64,000 bases of DNA. Origin: a virus. Shown here piece by piece: positions 38,118 to 46,286 of this stretch (its first letter is position 1; each line of letters begins with the position of its first letter). The notes beneath the pieces are model-generated. The model saw nothing but the letters and a program-made list of their open reading frames with translations, was not told the origin of the DNA and did no database searches. The translations under genes and the position numbers were made by a program. The stretch lies in the IMG/VR virus record IMGVR_UViG_3300029711_000003, positions 32,001 to 96,000 of that record. One strand, 5' to 3'.

Positions 38118-38630
38118 ATGTGTAAACTTATATTATATATGGAAAACAGAATATGGATAAAACATGTTAAAGACAGAAAGTTAATAGCAATAGACCCAGG
38201 AAAAAACGGAGGAATTGCGGTGTATTCGGTAGATAAAGACAAGCTGTTAGAAGTTGTTAAAATGCCAGATACACCGCAAGACTTGCTTTCATTCTTGTCT
38301 AAGTATCAAGTAAACAGCAAATGTTATCTTGAGAAAGTAGGAGGAATGCCTGGCCAAGGAGGTATGGCGATGTTCAATTTTGGTAAGGGATTTGGGCATT
38401 TGGAAATGGCTTTATTATGTCGTAAAATACCGACTATGGAGGTGACGCCTCAGAAGTGGCAGAAGGCATTGCAATTAGGCACTAAGGGTAATAAAAGTAA
38501 CACCGAGTGGAAGAATAAGCTGAAAGCACGTGCTCAACAGCTTTTTCCAAATGTTCCTATGACACTTGCCGTAGCCGATGCACTTTTAATTCTTGAATAT
38601 TCAAAAATAACAGAAAGGGCTTCAAAATGA
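38118..38630 (+). CDS. RuvC-like Holliday junction resolvase
   Basis: LIAIDPGKNGGIAVY matches the first catalytic Asp motif of phage RuvC-like resolvases. It has a small basic C-terminal part. The start is uncertain (ATG 38118 or 38148). Confidence 0.55.
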   Translation: MCKLILYMENRIWIKHVKDRKLIAIDPGKNGGIAVYSVDKDKLLEVVKMPDTPQDLLSFLSKYQVNSKCYLEKVGGMPGQGGMAMFNFGKGFGHLEMALLCRKIPTMEVTPQKWQKALQLGTKGNKSNTEWKNKLKARAQQLFPNVPMTLAVADALLILEYSKITERASK

Positions 38631-38962
38631 AATTTGTTTGTAGAAATAAGGATTGTAAAAAGTATGGGATTGAGGATGATTATTCTTCAGTCACATACAA
38701 GTTTATAGGCGGTGAGCTTATGGCTGAATGCGCTCCTTGTCCTTGTTGCGGACAACTAAGAGAGGAAATCAACCCAAACAGGGAAATTCCTTTGTCGGAG
38801 AAGAATGTGTCTATTGGTATGTACACCAGCGCATCGCCTGAGCAACGTAGAGAAATGTTGAAAAAGCGTTCTCACGAGCATTATGAGAAAGAGATTAAAC
38901 CATATAAGGAACATAAAGTTCATGAAATGGTGAAAAGGTTTAAGGACGCAAGCAAAGGTTGA
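38627..38962 (+). CDS. zinc-ribbon protein
   Basis: CRNKDCKKYG ... CPCCGQ. ATGA overlap with the upstream gene. Confidence 0.5.
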   Translation: MKFVCRNKDCKKYGIEDDYSSVTYKFIGGELMAECAPCPCCGQLREEINPNREIPLSEKNVSIGMYTSASPEQRREMLKKRSHEHYEKEIKPYKEHKVHEMVKRFKDASKG

Positions 38963-38967
38963 CCATT

Positions 38968-39594
38968 ATGAGTTTGGAGAGCGTATATTTCAAAAGAGAT
39001 TATCACTACAAGGCTAAATTTGTCAACAAGTGTATTGCGATAATCAGATTCACGAAGAGTGAGAAAAGACGGAAAGCATATCACAATCTTGTATTCAAGA
39101 TGATGAAAGATATTGTGAAGAAGAATATTGCTAATTATTTGAATCTTCTTTCGTCTATTGACATGAAAGATACGATGCCGAGCCGTGATGAGTTGATTGC
39201 TGATTGTTACATAATTTTTGCTAAATGCGTTGAGAAGTATAAGCTGGGCAAAGGTTACAATTTTTATTTCTATTTCAACAAGTCTTTATCAAGAAACTTT
39301 TTCAGAGATTATCAAAAGGAAGTCCAACGCAATAATTCTGTGGAAATAACTGAAGCACTTATTACTGTAAATTCAGGCTTTCATGATTATCGTCAATTAG
39401 ATACAACAGAGTTGCTGATGACGCATTTAGGTTTGACTGAATTAGAAATAAGAATTTGTCGTTCAAGGATGTTAGGGCAAAAAACATCTGAATTTTTATC
39501 CGAAAATGAAGATGTTACTAATGCTCAATATTCTAAGTGTTTGAAAAGAGTTAAAGAGGTTTTGATTGAATTTCAAGAAGAAGGAGAAATATAA
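38968..39594 (+). CDS. second sigma-70-like / transcription factor
   Basis: Region-2-like ELIADCYIIFAKCVEKY...YFYFNKSLSRNFFRDYQKE. Region-4-like GLTELEIRICRSRMLGQKTSEF. The first ATG is at 38968, with an in-frame TTG at 38959. Confidence 0.45.
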   Translation: MSLESVYFKRDYHYKAKFVNKCIAIIRFTKSEKRRKAYHNLVFKMMKDIVKKNIANYLNLLSSIDMKDTMPSRDELIADCYIIFAKCVEKYKLGKGYNFYFYFNKSLSRNFFRDYQKEVQRNNSVEITEALITVNSGFHDYRQLDTTELLMTHLGLTELEIRICRSRMLGQKTSEFLSENEDVTNAQYSKCLKRVKEVLIEFQEEGEI

Positions 39595-39595
39595 C

Positions 39596-39934
39596 ATGGA
39601 ATATAACATTTTTCAAAAAGCTATTGAACAACTTGTAATGGAAGGTAATGTAATTCTGCAAGTTGTTATGCCCGATGGCGAAAGTTTGTATTTTGCCGTA
39701 TATAAGTGGCAAGAGGGTTATTTTAACACCGCTCAGTCTATTGACTTCAACACTGTAGAAGGGGTTAATATAACAGACTTTCTTTACAAGAATTCAGCAC
39801 AGTACAATAATCGTACAACATTTATGTCTTTGTTCAACAAAGTAATGGACGAAGGCGTTTTGATACGTTGTGAGTTTACCAAAGGTTCAACGTGGTATAA
39901 ATGGAGCTCACCAATGGCTGTAACTAAGAGGTAA
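39596..39934 (+). CDS. hypothetical protein
   Basis: Start at ATG 39596, 1 nt after the upstream TAA. The listed 39566 start is an alternative-codon extension. Confidence 0.45.
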   Translation: MEYNIFQKAIEQLVMEGNVILQVVMPDGESLYFAVYKWQEGYFNTAQSIDFNTVEGVNITDFLYKNSAQYNNRTTFMSLFNKVMDEGVLIRCEFTKGSTWYKWSSPMAVTKR

Positions 39935-39961
39935 CATAGTTTACTTTGAAAAAGAATAATT

Positions 39962-41446
39962 ATGACACCTTCAAAGTATCAAACAGCTATTTATAAAGCA
40001 TTTCAATTAACAAAAAGAGATATAAACATTTCAGCAGTAGCGGGAAGCGGAAAAACTACAACGCTGTTAGAATTGTTAAAGTTCGTACCGAGAGGAATGA
40101 AAACATTGTTTCTTGCTTTCAACAAAAGTATTGTTGAGGAATTGAAGAGCAGAAACGAAAATAAAGAAGCTGCTATAATGACAATTCATTCTTGCGGTTG
40201 GCGAGCTATTATGATACGATATGGTTCAAGAGCTAAGATGAATCCAAATAAAACAATTGCTAAGACTGAAATTGTATTGGAGCAAAATAAAATTCCTGCT
40301 AAAAGATATAGTTATTTTTTCTATGTAATTCCGAAGCTGTTAGACCTTATGCGTTGTAACATGACGGAAAACACTTTGGAGGCAATTCGTGAGCTTGCTA
40401 TGTATTATGACGTAGATATAGATGATGAGGATATTCCGTTGGTTCAGCGTGCCTTCAAATTGGTAGTAGGAGATAAGAGTCAGTTTGACTTTATGGACAT
40501 GATATATGTTCCAGTTACTGACCCGTCAGTTAGGCTGAAAAAGTATGACTATGTTTTCTGCGATGAAAGTCAGGACTTTTCAATTTGTCAACATGAGTTC
40601 ATTAAGCGTTGTATAAATCGTAGGGGCAGGCTGATAACGGTGGGGGATGGCAACCAAGCAATCTATGGATTTGCGGGGGCAGATGCTAATAGCTATGATA
40701 AATTAGCATCCATAAATGGTCAGGCAATACGTTTGCCGCTTTCGGTATCGTACCGTTGTGCAAAAGCAATCGTTCTGGAAGCTCAGAGATATGTTCCATC
40801 AATATCATATGCTCCCAACGCTGAAGAAGGGAAAGTTGATATAAATAGTTTGACCACTATTCGGGAAGGCGATTGGATACTGTGTAGAAACTTGAAGCCT
40901 TTGATTCAAGCGTATCTTTGGTTGATAAAGAATAAGATAAAATGTAAGATAAGGGGTAAGGATATTGCCGAAAACATTGTAAATCTTATAAGAAAGACTG
41001 GAGCAAAAACTCTTGATGGGCTTATGAATGCGTTGGAAATAGAGCGAAATAAATTGCTTGATAAGCTGACGAAAAAAGGAATAAGGAAACCGAGCCTACA
41101 CCCGAAGATGGAAGTGCTGGAGCAAAAGCAGGAAGTGATTGCTTTTCTGTCCGATGAAGTTACGAGCGTAGATGGATTGATAAAGTTACTTGAAGGCATA
41201 TTCAGTGATGATACAGACGGTATATTGCTAAGTACAATCCATAAAGCAAAGGGATTGGAAAATGAGCGTATATTCTTCATTTGTCCAGAGTTGATACCGA
41301 GTAAGTATGCTACGCAAGATTGGCAGATAGAGCAAGAATGGCACTTAAAGTATGTAGCGGTGACCAGAGCTAAAAGAGAATTGATATATGTTCCTCAAAG
41401 TGTATTTGATAATGATTTGATGAGCAACGTTACTATTGACAAATAA
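39962..41446 (+). CDS. UvrD/Rep/PcrA-like superfamily 1 DNA helicase
   Basis: Motifs AVAGSGKTT (I), FCDESQD (II), TIHKAKGLE (V) and YVAVTRAKREL (VI). Confidence 0.9.
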   Translation: MTPSKYQTAIYKAFQLTKRDINISAVAGSGKTTTLLELLKFVPRGMKTLFLAFNKSIVEELKSRNENKEAAIMTIHSCGWRAIMIRYGSRAKMNPNKTIAKTEIVLEQNKIPAKRYSYFFYVIPKLLDLMRCNMTENTLEAIRELAMYYDVDIDDEDIPLVQRAFKLVVGDKSQFDFMDMIYVPVTDPSVRLKKYDYVFCDESQDFSICQHEFIKRCINRRGRLITVGDGNQAIYGFAGADANSYDKLASINGQAIRLPLSVSYRCAKAIVLEAQRYVPSISYAPNAEEGKVDINSLTTIREGDWILCRNLKPLIQAYLWLIKNKIKCKIRGKDIAENIVNLIRKTGAKTLDGLMNALEIERNKLLDKLTKKGIRKPSLHPKMEVLEQKQEVIAFLSDEVTSVDGLIKLLEGIFSDDTDGILLSTIHKAKGLENERIFFICPELIPSKYATQDWQIEQEWHLKYVAVTRAKRELIYVPQSVFDNDLMSNVTIDK

Positions 41447-41476
41447 TCGTAAAATAAATTGTAAATATAAATTGTT

Positions 41477-41716
41477 ATGGAAGAAACTAAGAAATGTCCA
41501 CGCTGCGGACGTGAACTACCAAAGAGTGAGTTTTTCGGAGGTTATTGCAAGGAATGTAAGAGAGCTATGAACCGAGAATATACTCAGCGCAAGGCTAAGC
41601 TGCGCCGTGTAGGCAATCCGAAACTTGCTGAGTTTACGCCACGTGAGCTCATGGAAGAGTTACGTTTCAGAGGATACAGAGGTGAACTAACATTTGAACA
41701 GAAAATAAAGATATGA
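41477..41716 (+). CDS. zinc-ribbon protein
   Basis: CPRCGRELPKSEFFGGYCKECK. Confidence 0.5.
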   Translation: MEETKKCPRCGRELPKSEFFGGYCKECKRAMNREYTQRKAKLRRVGNPKLAEFTPRELMEELRFRGYRGELTFEQKIKI

Positions 41717-41719
41717 GAT

Positions 41720-41914
41720 ATGGAAGACATTAGAAGAAAGGCTCACTTTGATGAGCTTAACAAAAGCAAAGATGAGATTGGTTCATCGCCAAGAAAGTAT
41801 ATTGGAGTTCCACGTCCAGTACGTTGTATGGAATGCGGTCGTTTGGTTGACGCTAATGAAGATAAGGGTCATATGACTCGTAATGGATATATTTGTAAAC
41901 AATGTTTAAGATAA
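41720..41914 (+). CDS. zinc-ribbon protein
   Basis: CMECGR ... CKQC. 64 aa. Confidence 0.45.
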   Translation: MEDIRRKAHFDELNKSKDEIGSSPRKYIGVPRPVRCMECGRLVDANEDKGHMTRNGYICKQCLR

Positions 41915-41920
41915 CGAGAT

Positions 41921-42496
41921 ATGATACAGATTGACAAACATTATTACTACAAAGGCAATGAATACGTTGTAACAGGCTTTTGTAAAGTTAAGACAACGAG
42001 CGATGAATGGGTAGATGGAGTGTCTTACAAGAAGGCTTCAGAAGAAAGCACCGAAATTTATGTGAGAGATAAGGAAGCGTTTGAGTATTATTTCATACCT
42101 ACAACGCTGGAAGTAGGCGATATAATTATTGCCGTATCTATGGGCAAAGTTGTCGCTGAATACGAAGTTACCAGTATTGATTCGGAGAGTTCTCAAGCAA
42201 CCGCTAAGAGCCCATCAGGCATTGATTTGATAGTTAATACAGCCGTTGATTCGGATGCCGTTGTTACCAAAGTTGAAGGTGGAGTGCCTTACACAGCGGA
42301 TTATTACTATCAACTTGCTAACATGAGAGAGCGCATGAAAAATTCGACAATTATAGATAAGATGGTAAGTGCGCTTTCAACTGCTGCGACAAGGGTTCAG
42401 GATATTCCTGCTTCCAATACGACTTACAGATTGGAAGAGTCACTGAAATCAATCCAACAGACCTTGGATGTAATTTATAACAAATTCGGGGTTTGA
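41921..42496 (+). CDS. hypothetical protein
   Basis: 191-aa ORF followed by a terminator. Confidence 0.5.
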   Translation: MIQIDKHYYYKGNEYVVTGFCKVKTTSDEWVDGVSYKKASEESTEIYVRDKEAFEYYFIPTTLEVGDIIIAVSMGKVVAEYEVTSIDSESSQATAKSPSGIDLIVNTAVDSDAVVTKVEGGVPYTADYYYQLANMRERMKNSTIIDKMVSALSTAATRVQDIPASNTTYRLEESLKSIQQTLDVIYNKFGV

Positions 42497-42526
42497 CATA
42501 AGCAACACACTTCTACAAATGACGAA

Positions 42527-42563
42527 AAGGAGAGCTTGAGAAAGTTCTCCTTTTTCTTTTTTT
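42527..42563 (+). terminator. intrinsic terminator (homologous to the one at 26269)
   Basis: AAGGAGA (42527-42533) pairs with TCTCCTT (42546-42552). The loop is GCTTGAGAAAGT, and TTTTTCTTTTTTT follows. Confidence 0.8.
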
Positions 42564-42608
42564 ACAAAGTTACTGTAAACAGAGAAACTGTTAAAAATAA
42601 ACAATATT

Positions 42609-43037
42609 ATGGACGGAAAAAGAAAATTTACGCCTGAGATAATAGATGAGTTGAAGGCAAACGAAGTATTTGTATTTGGTTCCAACCGTAATGGAAATCA
42701 TTACGGAGGTGCAGCGAAAGTAGCATATGAAAAGTTCGGTGCTGAATGGGGAGTAGGAGAAGGTCACACTGGGCAGTCCTATGCCTTGCCTACGCTGGAC
42801 GAGAATATGGAAAAGGTAACGGAGGATGAGCTGGAAGATAGCTTTGCTAAACTCATCGGATATGCTGACGACAATCGGCAGCTGACGTTCTATGTTACTA
42901 AGGTAGGATGCGGCATAGCAGGTTGGGACATTGAAACGGTTAAGCGTTGCTTTTGGAAAGGAGCAGCCGAAGTTAGCCCTGACCCTGAATGGAAGTCAAT
43001 TCCGAGCAATGTGATTATCCCAGAGGAATTTGTATGA
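42609..43037 (+). CDS. conserved phage/bacterial protein of unknown function
   Basis: I recognise the motif FVFGSNRNGNHYGGAAKVAYEKFGAEWGVGEGHTGQSYALPT as a recurrent uncharacterised family, but I cannot name it with confidence. Confidence 0.5.
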   Translation: MDGKRKFTPEIIDELKANEVFVFGSNRNGNHYGGAAKVAYEKFGAEWGVGEGHTGQSYALPTLDENMEKVTEDELEDSFAKLIGYADDNRQLTFYVTKVGCGIAGWDIETVKRCFWKGAAEVSPDPEWKSIPSNVIIPEEFV

Positions 43038-43348
43038 ATAAAGACATATCATATGGTCATTGGTATCCAGTTAAACCAGGCGGTATGCCCGAAGATTTGC
43101 TTGGATACAAAACTTTTGATAAGTTTGATATAACTGAAGCAGTGTTAATTCCACACTTTTGGGGAAATGAAAAAGGAGGTGGAGAATACTATCCTGCTTG
43201 CCGTATGAGAAAGAAAGGAAATAAGGAGTGGAAATGGTATCCTTGTAACTCAGCAAAACCATTGTTTTGGATGCCCATACCGCATATCCCAACCAAAGCA
43301 GGCGTAGCCGTTTATAAAAAGTATTACAATGAAGAAAAGAAGTCCTGA
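43034..43348 (+). CDS. DUF551-like protein
   Basis: Start at ATG 43034 (ATGA overlap). The C-terminal PLFWMPIPHIP resembles the DUF551 signature (HWMPLPxPP). Confidence 0.45.
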   Translation: MNKDISYGHWYPVKPGGMPEDLLGYKTFDKFDITEAVLIPHFWGNEKGGGEYYPACRMRKKGNKEWKWYPCNSAKPLFWMPIPHIPTKAGVAVYKKYYNEEKKS

Positions 43349-43619
43349 AGAGATAGAGAAAGAAGCTATGCAGTATCAGCTTGCGATGCTTAAAAATGAA
43401 CGTAGGAATTGTGACCAATTACAAAGTATTCGTAAGATAGTAGGACATATGAATAGCTTTAATGCTGTTGTTGCTGATGCTAAAAGTCGTTTAGAGTATG
43501 ATTTGTATCGTCAGCGTTTGCGACAAGCTATGCATGATTTGAAAATAAAGGATGAGGATGCTTGGGCGGTTGCAGACCGATACGTGCAAGATAATTTAGA
43601 TGTTTTATCAATTTGGTAA
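43329..43619 (+). CDS. hypothetical protein
   Basis: 96-aa ORF with a 20-nt overlap upstream. Confidence 0.45.
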   Translation: MKKRSPEEIEKEAMQYQLAMLKNERRNCDQLQSIRKIVGHMNSFNAVVADAKSRLEYDLYRQRLRQAMHDLKIKDEDAWAVADRYVQDNLDVLSIW

Positions 43620-43620
43620 T

Positions 43621-43908
43621 ATGAAATACATTATTTTCAAGAAAGGAGAAATTGTAATGCCTGTTATCTTTCATGAGTATATAAATCATTGCGATGTTAA
43701 GATAGGTGATGACTGGATTACAGTTTCAGCAGGTTTTTGTAATATAGTGCAAGGACGTTTGAAGGTAGATTATGAAAGTAGTTCTGTAAGTCTTTCTTTG
43801 AAACCTAATAAAACTGACGGAGCGGTAATGACTATGCTTGCTAATAATTATAGTGTAGCATTTTTCATGGACCAAAATGATATGTATTATCCTAAAATTG
43901 ACAAATAA
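43621..43908 (+). CDS. hypothetical protein
   Basis: Start at ATG 43621, 1 nt after the upstream TAA. Confidence 0.45.
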   Translation: MKYIIFKKGEIVMPVIFHEYINHCDVKIGDDWITVSAGFCNIVQGRLKVDYESSSVSLSLKPNKTDGAVMTMLANNYSVAFFMDQNDMYYPKIDK

Positions 43909-44424
43909 ATGGAAAATAAACAATCTATGATAGAGGAATGGGCAAAGAAAGTAGAACATTCCAAGAAACAAGAGTTGTCCAAAGAAGCAGCAAAGCATTT
44001 TATGATAGTATGCTTGAATGCAAAGAAGATAGATGAGGATAAGGAGCTGATTGCTGATTTAGAAAATAAGCGTCACGGAGTAGGTTCAGCGTTTTGGCTA
44101 CGAGTCAAGCGCCTTCATACATATTCCGTAACACCGTCACTGGCTTTGTTCCTTGCTTCAGATGTATTAGACAATTTCGGTAAGAGCACTATGATGGCAG
44201 CGTATCTGCAATACATAGCCGTGAAGAGAGGTATTAAGACCATTGGAATAAGTGAATGGGCGCAATGGGCGTTTCCATGGGGATTGCCTACCGAAGATGA
44301 ATGGGAAAGACTTTGGAACGCTCAGAAGATACCTTTGGAAGAGAGGTTTGACGCCATGACCGACAACATGCTGGATTGTCCGAACATGTTTGGTAAAAGT
44401 ATTTGGGAAATTAAAGAGAAATAA
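43909..44424 (+). CDS. hypothetical protein
   Basis: 171-aa ORF that abuts the previous stop. Confidence 0.5.
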   Translation: MENKQSMIEEWAKKVEHSKKQELSKEAAKHFMIVCLNAKKIDEDKELIADLENKRHGVGSAFWLRVKRLHTYSVTPSLALFLASDVLDNFGKSTMMAAYLQYIAVKRGIKTIGISEWAQWAFPWGLPTEDEWERLWNAQKIPLEERFDAMTDNMLDCPNMFGKSIWEIKEK

Positions 44425-44427
44425 GAT

Positions 44428-44691
44428 ATGGGAGAAGGAATGTCAAGAGAACAAGCAATAATATGTTTGCAAAAATTGAATTTTTATTTCAACGTCATAT
44501 GTATATCTTTGAGAGACACCAAAGAAAAGATTGTTGAAATAAGAAAATTCAAGAATACAGATGGAACGGAGCTATATGAGAAGCGTCATTTTGTCAGGCA
44601 AAAGACATATATTCATGATTATGAATCCATGATACGCTGGTTAGAGCTTGTTTCATTAAGAGTAGCAAAAGTAACGTATCTAAAAAAGTAG
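44428..44691 (+). CDS. hypothetical protein
   Basis: 87-aa ORF. Confidence 0.4.
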   Translation: MGEGMSREQAIICLQKLNFYFNVICISLRDTKEKIVEIRKFKNTDGTELYEKRHFVRQKTYIHDYESMIRWLELVSLRVAKVTYLKK

Positions 44692-44693
44692 CA

Positions 44694-44999
44694 ATGAATT
44701 ATAGCATGGAATGGAAGATAGGAGAAATAAAGCAGATAAACGGTGAGTGGTATCAGTGCATTAAGTCCATTACCTGTAATGGTTGCGGGTTCAACGACAA
44801 AGGATGTACTGCCGATAGACGCTTAACAGGAGATTGTTCAGGCAGATTGGATGGCACATCGGTCATCTTCAAGAAACTTGAAAAGATTGGAAAACCTTAT
44901 ATGTATAAGGGTAGATTTGTGCAACCTTATAAGAGGGGTGATGATTTCATTTTATTTGAGCATGGAAGTAATAACATTATTGATTATAAACATGAATAA
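44694..44999 (+). CDS. small Cys-rich protein
   Basis: NGEWYQCIKSITCNGCGFNDKGCTADRRLTGDCSGR, with six Cys in 35 aa. Confidence 0.45.
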   Translation: MNYSMEWKIGEIKQINGEWYQCIKSITCNGCGFNDKGCTADRRLTGDCSGRLDGTSVIFKKLEKIGKPYMYKGRFVQPYKRGDDFILFEHGSNNIIDYKHE

Positions 45000-45002
45000 G
45001 AT

Positions 45003-45491
45003 ATGGTAAGAAAAGTAAAAATGAGTCATGAAGATATAGATTATCTATTAGATAGATTGTCTGAAATACTACGTGATAATAACTATGAGGGAAATGAAGA
45101 TGAAATCTGCAATTCCTTATTAAAGTATATCGAAGAAGAAAGACATGATAGTATGAAACCATTTGACCTTGAAGCAGCCAAGGCAGGAAAGCCTGTTTAT
45201 ACAAGGGATGGTCGCAAAGCAAGAATTATTTGTTTTGACAAAAATAAAGATATATATCCACTTGTAGTTTTAGTATGCGATGGAGAAGGATATGAAATGA
45301 TTGCTCAATATAAGGCAGATGGACTTCATCCAACAATACCACAAAATGACCTTATGATGCTTTCAGAAAAGAAAGAGGGATGGATTAAAGTTAAGAAAGA
45401 TGTCAATCTTTACGCTACAAAAGAAGAAGCTGATAGAAAAATGATTGGTAATACTGATTATGTAAGTGCTAAAGTTGAATGGGAGGAATAA
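45003..45491 (+). CDS. hypothetical protein
   Basis: 162-aa ORF. Confidence 0.5.
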   Translation: MVRKVKMSHEDIDYLLDRLSEILRDNNYEGNEDEICNSLLKYIEEERHDSMKPFDLEAAKAGKPVYTRDGRKARIICFDKNKDIYPLVVLVCDGEGYEMIAQYKADGLHPTIPQNDLMMLSEKKEGWIKVKKDVNLYATKEEADRKMIGNTDYVSAKVEWEE

Positions 45492-45542
45492 AGTATGGCA
45501 TGAGTAGCAGTAAGTAAGGCTGGAACAGAACTGATTTCACCA

Positions 45543-45713
45543 GTGAAGCCTATAAAAGATGGAGCTTGGTGGAGTTGCGTTGAGGAAATTTCAATAGAAG
45601 GCGAATATGGTGATGTAGAAATGTCTATTGAATTACCAAAAGGTAGTATCAAGAAACTTATTGGTAGAGATTTGACTTGGGAAGATGAACCTGTTGAATT
45701 AAAAGAAGAATAA
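45543..45713 (+). CDS. small ORF lacking a canonical start (possible nonsense-interrupted gene starting at ATG 45495)
   Basis: The frame is open from 45504 to 45713 and reads like a protein (VAVSKAGTELISPVKPIKDGAWWSCVEEISIEGEYGD...). Its TAA lies 1 nt before the next ATG. The only upstream in-frame ATG, at 45495, has an SD-like GGAGGA but is followed by GCA TGA. Confidence 0.3.
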   Translation: MKPIKDGAWWSCVEEISIEGEYGDVEMSIELPKGSIKKLIGRDLTWEDEPVELKEE

Positions 45714-45714
45714 T

Positions 45715-46161
45715 ATGGAAGAAAATTATCAAGTAATCATTGACAAAAAGCATTTTGACCGATTAAATGAGCAAACTAATTTATCCCAAAAAGCTGCTTA
45801 TGATAGAGCAAAGGAAATTTGGGATAAAGAAGGAAAGGTTGATTTGACAATAAGGCTTTATTTGAAATCCTCAAGAAAAGATATTGAAGGATATGACGAA
45901 TATAGGTTTGATAATTATTGTTATTTGTCCGAAAGAGGAAAATTCATAATACCAAAGAAGATGAAAGAACGGTTGGCGGATATTATCAAAGCGAATACAG
46001 ACCAGCTTATGGAGGAAAGTTTTGGTAGAAATTTAGTTCATATTAACAAAATCATATGTCTTGAACGTACCTATGAAAGGTTGATAAAAAGATATAAGGT
46101 AATTACGATAACAGGTTGGTTGTTAGCCTTGCTTATTGTAATAATGAATGCTATTTTGTAG
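45715..46161 (+). CDS. hypothetical protein with C-terminal transmembrane helix
   Basis: 148 aa. The C-terminus is ITITGWLLALLIVIMNAIL. Confidence 0.5.
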   Translation: MEENYQVIIDKKHFDRLNEQTNLSQKAAYDRAKEIWDKEGKVDLTIRLYLKSSRKDIEGYDEYRFDNYCYLSERGKFIIPKKMKERLADIIKANTDQLMEESFGRNLVHINKIICLERTYERLIKRYKVITITGWLLALLIVIMNAIL

Positions 46162-46179
46162 AAATATAAAATAAAGACT

Positions 46180-46245
46180 ATTGCGCTTCAATGAAGAAGC
46201 AGGCTAAAATAAAAGTTTAGCAATAAATCTTTGTCGAAGCGCAAT
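46180..46245 (+). other. long imperfect stem-loop (nested hairpins), function unknown
   Basis: The outer stem is a 10-bp perfect pairing of ATTGCGCTTC (46180-46189) with GAAGCGCAAT (46236-46245). The apical stem is GCTAAA/TTTAGC with a 7-nt loop. No T-run follows. Confidence 0.5.
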
Positions 46246-46286
46246 TATAGTATAGCAAGGAAATATTGTAAAACAAAATAGTGAGT

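Noticed and set aside
46180-46245. Possible tRNA. The hairpin has a 7-bp-plus terminal stem and a 7-nt apical loop with U33-like T and purine-37-like A.
   Set aside because: No D-arm or T-arm can be formed, there is no GTTC-type T-loop, and the outer stem is 10 bp. It folds as a rod-like hairpin rather than a cloverleaf.
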